NCBI RefSeq assembly: GCF_041146345.1
Contig: NW_027191414.1
Location: 558,001 to 622,000 of the forward strand
Direction of reading: 5' to 3'
DNA length: 64,000 bases
Origin: Neodothiora populina
Taxonomy: Eukaryota
Shown: positions 1-10,642 of the stretch, one piece after another
Numbering within the stretch: position 1 is the first letter of the stretch
Layout: each line of letters starts with the position of its first letter
Position numbers and translations under genes: made by a program
The notes under the pieces: generated by a model
Databases searched by the model: none
Told to the model about the DNA's origin: nothing
Seen by the model: the letters and a program-made list of their open reading frames with translations, nothing else

Positions 1-22
1 ATTGATGCTGACAGTAATACAG

Positions 23-1526
23 AGCGATGTGCAAGGCGCGGTCGAGAAGCTCCTTGCGCTTGAGAAGCAGACCAGACAGTCTAGTGATCTACCGTCAACA
101 TCCAAACTTCTCGTTTCCATCGTCACGATATGCAAAAATGCAGGCGACTGGCCGCTGCTTAACGAGCAGGCCCAGTTGCTATCCAAAAAGCACAGTCAGC
201 TCAAGCAGGCCATTACCAAGATGGTCCAGGTGGTGATGGGTTTCTTGGACGAGACGCCAAACAAGGAGACTAAGATGTCGGTCATCGAGACGCTGCGCAC
301 TATTACCGAGGGAAAGGTGCGTCTATCATAGCAGATGGTTGACTAGAAATGCACTTACTGATGATGAGTGTACAGATCTTTGTCGAGGTTGAGCGAGCCA
401 GAGTCACACGCATTCTCTCAGACATCAAGAAGAGCGAAGGCGACGTCAAGTCTGCCGCGAACATCCTCTGCGAGCTCCAGGTCGAGACGTTTGGATCCAT
501 GACAAGGCGAGAAAAGACCGAGTTCATTCTGGAGCAAGTGCAGCTGTGCATCGACAACGGTGACTGGACACAGGCCGGTATTTTGAGCAGAAAGATCAGC
601 ACCAGATACATTGCAAGAAAGCCCAAGAAGACGGCGGAGCAGCTGGAAAAGGAACGCAAGGAGCACGAAGAGAAGGAAAAGAAGCGTAATGAGGACGAGG
701 CATCCGAGCCAGTGGAGGATGATGTTACGGACCTGAAGCTGCGCTACTACGAGCAGCAGATTGTGCTGGCGAAGCACCACGACAAGTACCTCGATGCCTG
801 CAAACACTATCGACAGGTCTTGGATACGGAGGCTGTGGAGAACAACCCAGAGCAATTACGCGCAGTGAGTTCAATCACAGTCTTAGACGATACTTCATTC
901 ATTGACAACTTGACCAGGCCCTCCAACGAGTCATCTACTTCGTCATACTCGCCCCTCATGACAACGAGCAATCCGACCTTCTTCACCGCATCCACCGCGA
1001 CACGAGGAATTCTCAGATCCCTACCGATGCCGCTCTGCTGAACCTGTTCACCGTTCCCGAGCTCATGCGTTGGCCGTCGGTCGCCGAGAATTACGGCCCT
1101 CAACTCTGCGCAACCGACGTCTTTGACGCTTCCCCCAAGGGTAGCGATCCCAAGGCGCACCAGCGATGGGCCGACTTCCGTAAGCGCGTCATCGAACACA
1201 ACGTTCGCGTCGTCGCCAAATACTACACTCGTATCCACTTCAAGCGTCTCACTGAGCTGCTCGACCTGAGCGAGGAAGAGACGGAGAAGTACATCAGTGA
1301 CTTGGTCGTCAGCAAGACCATCTACGCCAAGATTGATCGTCCCGCCAGGTTGGTCAGTTTCGAGAAGAAGAGAGATGCCGACGAAGTGCTCAACGAGTGG
1401 TCGGGCAACATGAAGAGTCTGCTGGGCTTGCTGGAGAGGATCGACCATCTCATCACAAAGGAAGAGATGATGGCCAGGATCCAGCCGGTCAAGGGAGAAA
1501 AGGCGGCTACTGCCAAGGCAAGATGA
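23..1526 (+). CDS. RPN5: 26S proteasome regulatory subunit Rpn5 (PSMD12), PCI domain; 5' end lies off-window
   Basis: Exons 23-316, 376-864, 918-1526 joined by GT..AG introns. Signature segments LEKQTRQSSD, LSKKHSQLKQAI, TEGKIFVEVERAR, ELQVETFGSM, RVIEHNVRVVAKYY, YAKIDRPA. Confidence 0.97.
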
Positions 1527-1744
1527 GAGGCGTGGACCGCATGACACGAAACACGATAGACGGGCGAGCATCTATATCTCGCCTGCTGTATTCTAGCATC
1601 GCTGTAGTCTAAAGTCGGGGCCCTCTATCATCGCTCTACGCTACAATAGAACAACGTCGATCATGACCATGTAATGTCGAGCCGTGCCATATCATGCTCC
1701 TCCTCTCTTCGTCACGTGTGAATGTGGTGGAGATATGTATAGCC

Positions 1745-2776
1745 CTAGAACGGCATGTCCATGTCCTCGACACTCTCTTCCTCCTTGGCCGGCTTGCCAT
1801 TCGGTGTCTGACTCACGACTTCCCTGATGAATGCGACAAGTGCGGCGACATATTGCTTCTGGCTGCTAGGCAAGAAGTGACCACCAGGGTGGTAGACGAG
1901 TCTCGAGACTCCACCCTGGGCTCCTCTGCCCGCAGCGCAAGCATCCACAAGTCTCAGACTCCGATCTTCCTCCACCACGGTGTCGACACTACCAATAAAA
2001 TGCAACATGGGCGTCTGGATCTTAGGCTCGTAAAAGGCGCGATACAGCTCGTTCGTCCCAGCGCCGAATCCCGAGTACGACACGGCGAACTTGAGGGGAG
2101 GGTGTATCACATCCGTCATGAACCCCGTGTCTTTCTCAAACGACTCCGGGAATCTAATGCCGCCGTTGGCCTGCGCCTTCTCGAAGGCTTCTCGTCGTCC
2201 GTCCTCTAGCAACGCAGCGACCATGCCTGCGAGCGCCGCACCCTGCGAGAAGCCAATCGTGCCATCGAACGGTCCCTGTGTCTTGAGCACGTCTGCAACA
2301 GTCTCGAGTCCCTGCTCTATGCCCTCGTAGCGGAAGGGTTCGCCATCTCCCTTTCGTCTCCACCACGCATAGGCCTCGGGGTCGGCGGTGTCAGCTGATA
2401 CGCCGTCTGTGTCGTAGCCTGGTATGTCGTTGACCGAGAGCTTGATCGGCGCGGTCGGGTAGACGAGTTCGACACCGCCTGGGTACGAGGCCAGGTGCCC
2501 TGGCTTCGGGGCTGCTGGGAAAGCCTTTTCGAGGTTTTTCTCTAGAGCTCGGGTTTTGGCACGGAACAGAGGCCCGTTCTGGGTGTAGCCGTGGAGCATG
2601 AGCATCTTGAGTTTCCGCGGTGAGGCGGATGCCCCATTGGTTGAGGGTGTAGCGGTAGACATGCTCACACAGGCGAAGAAGCGCAGTCTTGGGTTGTTGT
2701 GCTTTATTATGGGACGTGTGGAGATGGAATGGAATGCTATCGTCCTGGAACGCAGGATGACATGGCCCGGGATCAT
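1745..2776 (-). CDS. FSH1/OVCA2-family serine hydrolase (alpha/beta fold); alternative start at 2662
   Basis: Intronless ORF with LMLHGYTQNG, GPFDGTIGFSQGA nucleophile motif, GSVDTVV and HPGGHFLP (Ser-Asp-His triad). Confidence 0.92.
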   Translation of the reverse strand: MIPGHVILRSRTIAFHSISTRPIIKHNNPRLRFFACVSMSTATPSTNGASASPRKLKMLMLHGYTQNGPLFRAKTRALEKNLEKAFPAAPKPGHLASYPGGVELVYPTAPIKLSVNDIPGYDTDGVSADTADPEAYAWWRRKGDGEPFRYEGIEQGLETVADVLKTQGPFDGTIGFSQGAALAGMVAALLEDGRREAFEKAQANGGIRFPESFEKDTGFMTDVIHPPLKFAVSYSGFGAGTNELYRAFYEPKIQTPMLHFIGSVDTVVEEDRSLRLVDACAAGRGAQGGVSRLVYHPGGHFLPSSQKQYVAALVAFIREVVSQTPNGKPAKEEESVEDMDMPF

Positions 2777-3092
2777 TGATTGTATCTATACAAATATATA
2801 ATAATCAACGGACTTTTGATGACTGTTCTGTCCTACATAAATGGCTGCACGCCACCGGGTTAATCGCCGTTTATTTCCATGTTTGGGGTGTTTGCTCATA
2901 TCTTCCACCCCACTACCACTACCCTCGACGGTCATCTCTCTATGCCGCGCTGTCGCTGTCCACCACGCCCTATCACTGCCTCTTCTAGACGTCGGCGAAA
3001 GTCGTTCATGTCACTGCGTCACTAGTTACTTTTCTTCTTGTGTTGATGCTCTGGCGATACGGTGTCATGGTAGCCGGTGACCCAATCTGTTC

Positions 3093-5945
3093 ATGACATC
3101 CCAGATCGAGTATCGTGGGAACACGTCTGATACAAATGCGTCCCTGCATGAAGACGCCAAGATATCGACAACCATGGATATGGGAGACAATCATCTCGCT
3201 CAACTGCCTGAAGAATTGTTACAAGCATCCCTGCGCTTTCTAGACGGCCCGGGTCTGGTGTCTCTGGCCCAGTCTTCCAGCTGGTCTTATGAGAAGGCCA
3301 TACCTTTCATCTGGCATGATGTTGAATTAGTAGACTGTCGGACGAGACATTTCACTGAGGATGTTCCGTATCATAGTGATGAGCATGATGACACTCCTAT
3401 CATACGCAAATTGGTCGTCTTAGCTAGGTAGGTCAATACGAATGAGAATGATTGTATTTCCTTGGAACCTTCATAATTTCCGTTTCCTTTGCGACGGTAC
3501 TCGAATCGTTATATCGAGTATATTGCACTTGCTTGGCCGAAAAGGCAGTAGGGCAGACTCCACCCACGGTGTGACCAGGGCCCATGACTGACTTACTGCT
3601 TCTCAGCAAACCATGGATTGCATCCCACGTTCACACAATAACACACAGATGTCATCTTCCGCCGCCGGCTCTATTCGCTGAGCTGCCCAAGACGAATTTC
3701 CAGAGTCGCTTCCTCTCTCACGATCCGAGGACCCTCCAGTTGCTGGATCTTGCTTGCGCGAATCTGACCCACATCCAGACCCTGAGAATCGTCTTTGGTC
3801 ATTGGCATATCACTAAAGGTCTGCTGAATGGGATTCTTGACAAGTCACGCAAACGTGTCATGCCACTACGCAAGCTATGGCTCGAGAATTGTGCACTTAC
3901 CGGTCTCTCTGCCCATATGTTGTCAGACCCCGACTTGGGGCGTCTCGAAAGTCTGCGACTTAGAAGATTGCAACTACTCCCTCATACGGGACGGGCGTCC
4001 AGCCAACAAGTGTATACGAGAGGACAATCGACACAGCTCATGCAAGACGGTCAAGGATCACAGTACATGACCACCACTGACCAGTGGAACCGTCAGGAGG
4101 TTGCCTTTGGAAATGCTGTACATAGCTGGGGCACACCTAGCTTTGCGTGAGTCGCACCCTCCAAGACTCACTTGTTTCGTGCGCTGAGATAGACTAAACA
4201 AAGGCAAGCCTTCGACGACTGGGAGAAAATGTTCGAGAGCTCTCATATCTACGACGACATGGTGTATGATGATGTTATTCGCACCTCGGGTGGCGATCTC
4301 GATCGCTACAGGAACGAGCTATGGGATCATCGTGATCGAGTAGATTTCCACATACAGAAAATCTTCAACTTCAACGATCATGATTTTCCTGCTGCTGAAT
4401 CAGACTCGAATCCGTTTCCTGCGACAATGGGTCTTATACAGGCTGCCGCGGATTCACTCACATCTCTCAACCTCGACTGGGTCATCACACGGAGAATATA
4501 TAGCGTCGGAACTTCTGAAAGTACCCACAAACCTATGGTGGCTTTCAGGGAGCTCTTCAAGCTTCGCTTCCCCAACTTACGCGCATTTCAAGTTCGTAAT
4601 GCTGTGGTGAAGGAATCCAGACTTCCTGAGGGCTTGTACCTGCTGGATGAATGTTCTACATCTTCAACAGACCCGGAATTGCAGGGTAAGTGGTATAAGT
4701 TCCATCCCTGCCACATATAGCTAAGATCAGACATATTAGTCCCTCGCGATATGTGCATCGACTTCATGGAAGCGCATCCAAAGCTGATCTGTCTTGCTTG
4801 GCCCATGGACGCTTTTTTCAGCGGCAGATCGAGATCTGAACAGTCCGGTCGGGTATCTAGGATCATCGACACTCTTGCACAGCACCTATTTAACCTCCGC
4901 GTCGATGTCATGTATTCTCCAAGTGGCGAAACCCAGTCGGACGTTTCAGCAGACGGTGCTAGTGAGTTCTCCGTTAATGGCTGTTGTCGAGATCCATACT
5001 GACACGATGATAGAAGAAAGGGCCAATCGCAGGCGCTTCATATCCGACTTTGCGTCGAGAATGCGAAAGTTAGAGCATGTGAAGATGGAGGGTTGCATCC
5101 CTCGCGATGAGCGAAGAGAGACAGTCCGCGCCTTGGGCAACTGCCCCTTGCGCAAGATTGTTCTGATCGGTGTGAATAGCCCGGTGGGAAATACTTGGGG
5201 TTTGCGCGGGCAGGATGTAGAGACATTGGGCATCAATGAGGATCTGAGTGACCCGGACGATCTTGAAACGCTCGAAGACGAGCACTATGAAGCTATCGCA
5301 CATTTAGGCGCATCAAAGCCAACACGAGCTGCATTGGGAGATGTATTCCAAGCCGAATACGGCTGGCCGCCAAGTCCACCACTCATCCATACGCTGGCTG
5401 CATATCATGCAGACACCATCACCGAGCTCAAGTTTTGCGGGTACCGGGGAGCGCCACTCCTCTGGGAGCCCACTCAAGTTACTTACCCGATGTACTCACC
5501 TCTTCGTCATTTCCATCGTCTGCAGTCTGTAGTACTCTCACTATGGCTCCAGACGTTCTGGGAGAATGACTATCGCGACAAGGACATCATTGCCTATTGG
5601 CTCAACTCGCGGTCCCCCCAATCTACCGCTTTAGCAGTACTCCCCGACCAGCCTTTGACGGGGTGGGCGAAGCAGTTGGCAGATAGATTCGAGCCCTATG
5701 CTATCGCGCGGCGCCTGAAAGACTTTATAGGTCCGTTTCTCAGCGAGACAGCAAAGGCATCGAGAGCAGGTGTACATGTAAGGGGCAGTTTCTGTATCGG
5801 TATGTTTGGTGGTATATATGATGTTGATATCCATGTGGGCAAGGGTGGGAACGGCGAGGATGTGCTACTTGACTGGATTGGACTGAGAGAGGAGTTGCAT
5901 CCGGACAGAAGAAGGGAGAAGCTCGAGCGCAGGCGATGGTTTTAG
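3093..5945 (+). CDS. F-box domain protein with LRR-like C-terminal region (fungal family)
   Basis: Exons 3093-3427, 3607-4146, 4204-4685, 4740-4961, 5014-5945, all phases compatible. N-terminal LAQLPEELLQASLRFL...LVSLAQ F-box-like motif; LRKLWLENC and LRAFQVRN repeats. Confidence 0.8.
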
Positions 5946-6353
5946 AGCATGATATCAGCCTTCAGTAACTGAATGCTACTGCCGTATCAGTAGGTGAAGC
6001 GGTCCGTGGTGACCGCAGAAGTTCAATAGCAATGGTGCGTGCTATAGTCTCCTGATGGTTTGAATTATACTTCAGGCGTGTTACAATACAGCGTTGTGGC
6101 CGTGTATCGCTGATGGTATTGCCACAACAGCAGGCAAACAACGGTGGCTGGGGGATACTATTGTGGCCTATTGTCACCCTCATCACACTCGTACGCTAGC
6201 ACAGTGCTATATCAACATATCTCCTGCTACTCTTTCCTTCTCTCTTTTCCTTTCCTCCTTGACCATCGTTTTCTTTGACTCTATCTTCATACCACTGGCT
6301 TTTTCCCTCATTTCACATCGACCACAACTGCTATTCACATAACCATCACCACG

Positions 6354-7682
6354 ATGAGTGCTGTTGATACCCTCAGTGATGGGGAAAAGGAAATGGTCAA
6401 GGCCATTTTCCTTTGCGCCACGGAGGCCCCCAAGGTAGGTATATAACACATCATCCCTTTACCCCTATCCCTTACCTACACAGATTACCGCCACAAACGA
6501 CATCATGGAGGCTCGGCGCGGATTTCCCCAATGTTTACTGACAACACACAGGTCAACACCAGGGAGATGGCGCGCCTAGCGGGCTACAAGAACGCAACCA
6601 GTGTCAACACCGCATGGCACAAACTCCGCATCAAGCTCGGCGAGATCAACCCCATATTGACTCCTCCACGCGCAGTCGGTCGTCCTCCTACGACTGGAAA
6701 ACGAGCAGCGGCGAACAGAGTCCAGCCTCCTCGAGCCGCTACCATGGCGGACCCGGTGGTTGACGCTGTCTCTGTGGCTTCGTCTACTTCTTCGTCTTCG
6801 TCTTCGTCTTTGACTTCTGTTGGAGATGACGCTCAGCCTGCTCCTGCTGCTGCCCCTACTGCTCCCGCGCCTGAGCCCGTTCCAGCTCCTCGTGCTGTGA
6901 GCAAGAAGGCCACTATCAAGCCACGCACCACTACTGCCCCTCGAAAACCCGCGAAGCAGCCCACCACAGCCGTCTCTCGCAAAGTACGAGCAATCACCGA
7001 CGACAAACCAGCCCGCCCCGCGTACGGCCTGCGCAGGAACCCCCGCCGCGGCGTGACCAGCGCGGAAGAGATCCCACAACCCAAGAAACGCCTCGAAATA
7101 CCCGTGATGACAAACCGCATCTTCCGAACCCCCAGCCCCGCGACCCCTCCCGCTCCCCTGAGCCCCAAAACCATAGCTCGACACGCGCGCAACGCCGCTC
7201 GAATCAAAGAGCTCGACGAGCAGATGGAGGCGCGCAAAAAGTCACTGATGGCCGCGAGCGCGCACTCGGTCTTCGTCAACAGGCTGTCTCCCGTCTCAGC
7301 GGCTCGGTTCCAAGGTCTTCCGCTGCCGCCTCCTCGACCCGCTAAAAGACCTGCGTATCCGCGCGTCAGTAACCCACCTGAGCATGGTCCGTCGACGGAA
7401 TTGGATCTGCATGTTGAGGGACACGGCGAGAGGCTCGACAGGCTGTGGGTTGAGCGCGCGGAAAAAGCTAAGCTGAAGGCTGAGGAGAAGAAGAGGAAAG
7501 GCGAGGAGGTTAAGAGGACGAGGGTCAGTCGTCGCATTCAGAACTTGGAACGAAAGGCGGCTGTTGCTGCGCTCGTCGAGGCTGCGACTGAGGAGGAGGG
7601 GCCGATTGGGATGGAGGGACAGGTATCTGAGGGTGGAGACCGCAAGGGTCCTGCGGTTGGAGAGGCTGGACCTAGCACTTAG
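6354..7682 (+). CDS. Basic Pro/Arg-rich nuclear protein with N-terminal fungal Myb-like helical domain and GRP (AT-hook-like) motif
   Basis: Exon 6354-6434 (MSAVDTLSDGEKEMVKAIFLCATEAPK), intron 6435-6551 (GTAGGT..CTGAC..CAG), exon 6552-7682 starting VNTREMARLAGYKNATSVNTAWHKLRIKL; rest low-complexity. Confidence 0.65.
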
Positions 7683-8314
7683 ACCACTTGATGGTGGAGA
7701 CTGGTCGTCCCTTGATGCGATACATACCCCTGATGGGTGGATCGTGGATGGAGTGGTACCCTGGATGAATACTTCCCATGGATAGGAAGGTGTCACAGAA
7801 AGTGGCATTCTGCCTCTTGTTTCTTGTTTCATCATTTTCTTCTCTTTCAACTTTTTTGTTTTCTGTTATCTTGATATCCACTCCGACCTGCTGTTCCTGA
7901 TCCGAGGCCAATCAGGATACACCGAGTCAGAGATATTGTGGTCCCAGTGCCGCGTAGTCAGGGGTTTCCAATAGCTGCTGATCGAATGATATTCTGTTTT
8001 CACGTCTCTTTGCCTGCGGAGTAGTTTGGGACTCCCCTGTCTGAGTTTGTATAAATCAATTTATCCTAGTCCCTTTTTGGGTATACGAGGATGGTACGTC
8101 GAGGCTCAAAGGGCAGCCCTTTTCGGTGTCACAATCATCGGCATGGGCTCCGACTCGACGACATGTCTGCGCTAGGCAGGAGGAAAACCCAGCTTGACAA
8201 GAAAATATCTCCTTCAGATGCCTCGTGTCAATTGATTCGATTCTATATTTCAACTATGTAAATTGCTCCAACCACAAGATCTTCGTTAGACATTCGTCGC
8301 AAGCTACTCGGATA

Positions 8315-10145
8315 TTACACATCAGCGTTCGCGAGATCAGTCTTGAACCTCGCCGTCGCGCGGGCTTTCGTCTCTGCGAAATCCACATGCGGCGCGGGAT
8401 ACCCCAACTTCTCAAACTCGGCTTTGCTCAGTCGCGCATGAGGAGCAAAGACGGCTTTGCCCTTGACGTCCTTGAGCTCAGGCACCCACTTGCGGATATA
8501 TTCGCCGTCGGGGTCGTTTTTCTCTGCCTGGCTGACGGGGTTGAACACAGTATATGAAGGCTCCCAGCCCTGCGTGTTATTGGACAAGTCCCAATCGACG
8601 AGGTGTTCGGCGAAGAAGCGCTCTCCGCGGCGATAGTCGATGAGCAAATTACAAGTCAAGTAACTCGAGACGTTCATGCGCAGCCGGTTATGCATCCATG
8701 CCTCGGCGTTGATCTGTCTCATGCCCGCGTCGACGAACGGCACGCCGGTCGTGCCAGAACACCATTTCTTCCAGCCTTCTTCGTCATCTTCCCACTGTAC
8801 GTTGTCGAACTTGAGGTTTTGAGGCAGGTTCATGCTGTTGTGTGGAATGATGCAGGTGATTTGTCGGTAGAATTCTCGGAACACGAGTTCACGCACCCAG
8901 GCTGCTACGCCTGCGTCGCCGGAGCTGTCGAAGTTGGCGTTCTTATTGTGTTGCTTTGTGCGCGCCAGGACTTCGCGGATGCTGAGGATGCCGGAGGAGA
9001 AGTAGGGGGATAGGCGGGAGGTTGAGTCGTGCGCTGGCTGTGAGCGGGTTGCTGCGTAGTCGCCGATCTGTAGCAGAGTTATGTTAATGGATGGACTTGC
9101 GGCTGTGGACATGTCTCGGACTCACTCTATTCAGAAACTCTTCCAATCGCTTCATGCCTGCGTCGTGACCGGCTGGCCAAAGCTCCCGGATCTTCTTCTT
9201 CTCGTCTTCGTCCTTGAACTGCTTGTTCTCTGGCAACTTGGGCAGTTCACCCTCGGACAGATGATTATACTTCTCCACGGCCTTCTTGTCATTGCCATCG
9301 GGAGGAGGCACTAGATCCAGAAGACTCGGGTCGTTTGCCAACTCGGCAAGCCATGACTTGTGGTACGGAGTAAAGACTTTCGCGGGACCACCACTGCCCG
9401 TCTTGATTGCCCCGGGCTCAACAACAGTCTGGTCATGCAAGAGCTCGACGCTGACATCCTGCTCGTCATGCAAATGTCTCGCGACCTTGAGATCCCGTCT
9501 CAACTCATCGACCTCATACTCGAAGTTCGCGAAAACATGACTGATATCATTTTCTCTCGCAAACGACAGAACCGCCTCTGTCTTCTGTCCTCTTTCCTCG
9601 ACCGGCACAATAGCAAGCGGGATATCTTTGTCGTGCAGCTGTGATCGAAGGATACGCAGAGACTCGAGCAAGAAATCAGATCGCGCGGGCGAAGTACCAT
9701 GCCACTCCAGATCACGAGGCGAGTAAAGGTACATAGTCAACAGCACGCCTTTACCCTCCTTGACCTTTTGCGACGCAGCATGCAACGCCCTGTTATCCTC
9801 CTGCCTGACATCCTTTGAGCGAAACCAATGCAAGACGTTCCGAACCTCGTGGTCAGTCTTCTGCTGCTCCAGCAGAGAAGTCAGTTGCTCGAGAGGCGGA
9901 TCGGCATCGATTTCTTTGGCGCGTTTGGGTGTAGGGTGTTTGAGCATGGGGTCTTGACTGGGCGTCTTGGTCTCTTCTTTGTTCTTTTTTGATTGCGGCT
10001 CCGAGTCTGCGACCGCGCGCTCGTGGCTTGTGGATCGCGCGTGTTTGGCCATTGTTCTTACTGTGCTCTGTCTCGAGATGCTATTGATTCTGTTTATGTA
10101 TCCCAATGGGCAGATGCGGTGGATTTGTCTGCGGGCGAGGAACAT
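8315..10145 (-). CDS. Cryptochrome/photolyase family protein, class I CPD-photolyase-like, divergent; alternative start at 10052
   Basis: Exons 10145-9126 and 9067-8315 (intron 9068-9125, GTGAGT..CAG). Motifs HWFRSKDVRQEDNRAL, VFTPY, TSRLSPYFSSG, GTTGVPFVDAGMRQ, WMHNRLRM, FNPVSQ, DPDGEYIRKWVPEL. Confidence 0.93.
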
Positions 10146-10642
10146 TCAATTGGGAGTGGGCGATCCAAGTGGAGGTTTAGAGATAGGATAGAAAGAAATG
10201 CGAAAGGAAGGAAATGTTAACAACAGCTTTTGTTTAATTTGTTTCATTGCACCTACGTAATATCCTACCTTACTATTGCCTGTTAGTCTCGCTATAGTTT
10301 AATGGAATGCCTATGATGTAGGAAGCTTGAATTGTTTTGGAATGCGATTAGACTCGTCCGATCTGGGGAGTCCATTGCGTCATGCCGAACCTTATCTCGG
10401 AAAGTTCAAGATCTCGATCTAGGGTACCTGTATCTTTTCCTGGTAGTTCACCATGCCTTACTTTGGACCAGGTTGATAAATATACTTGAGATGTGAAAAA
10501 GTGCTTTGAGGCATTGCTGCCATGAAAAGGGTATCTAATTTGTGAAAAACAATGACTTCGCCTGACCCCATAGTCTCTGTCTAGGCCGTTTGCACTCTGG
10601 ACGTGATAGATAATGAACCATCGAACGAACCCTCCGTGGTCC

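Noticed and set aside
807..1571. 254-aa ORF antisense to RPN5 (likewise shadows over SPT16, RSM22 and the Myb-like gene)
   Set aside because: Shadow ORFs from GC3-rich coding sequence.
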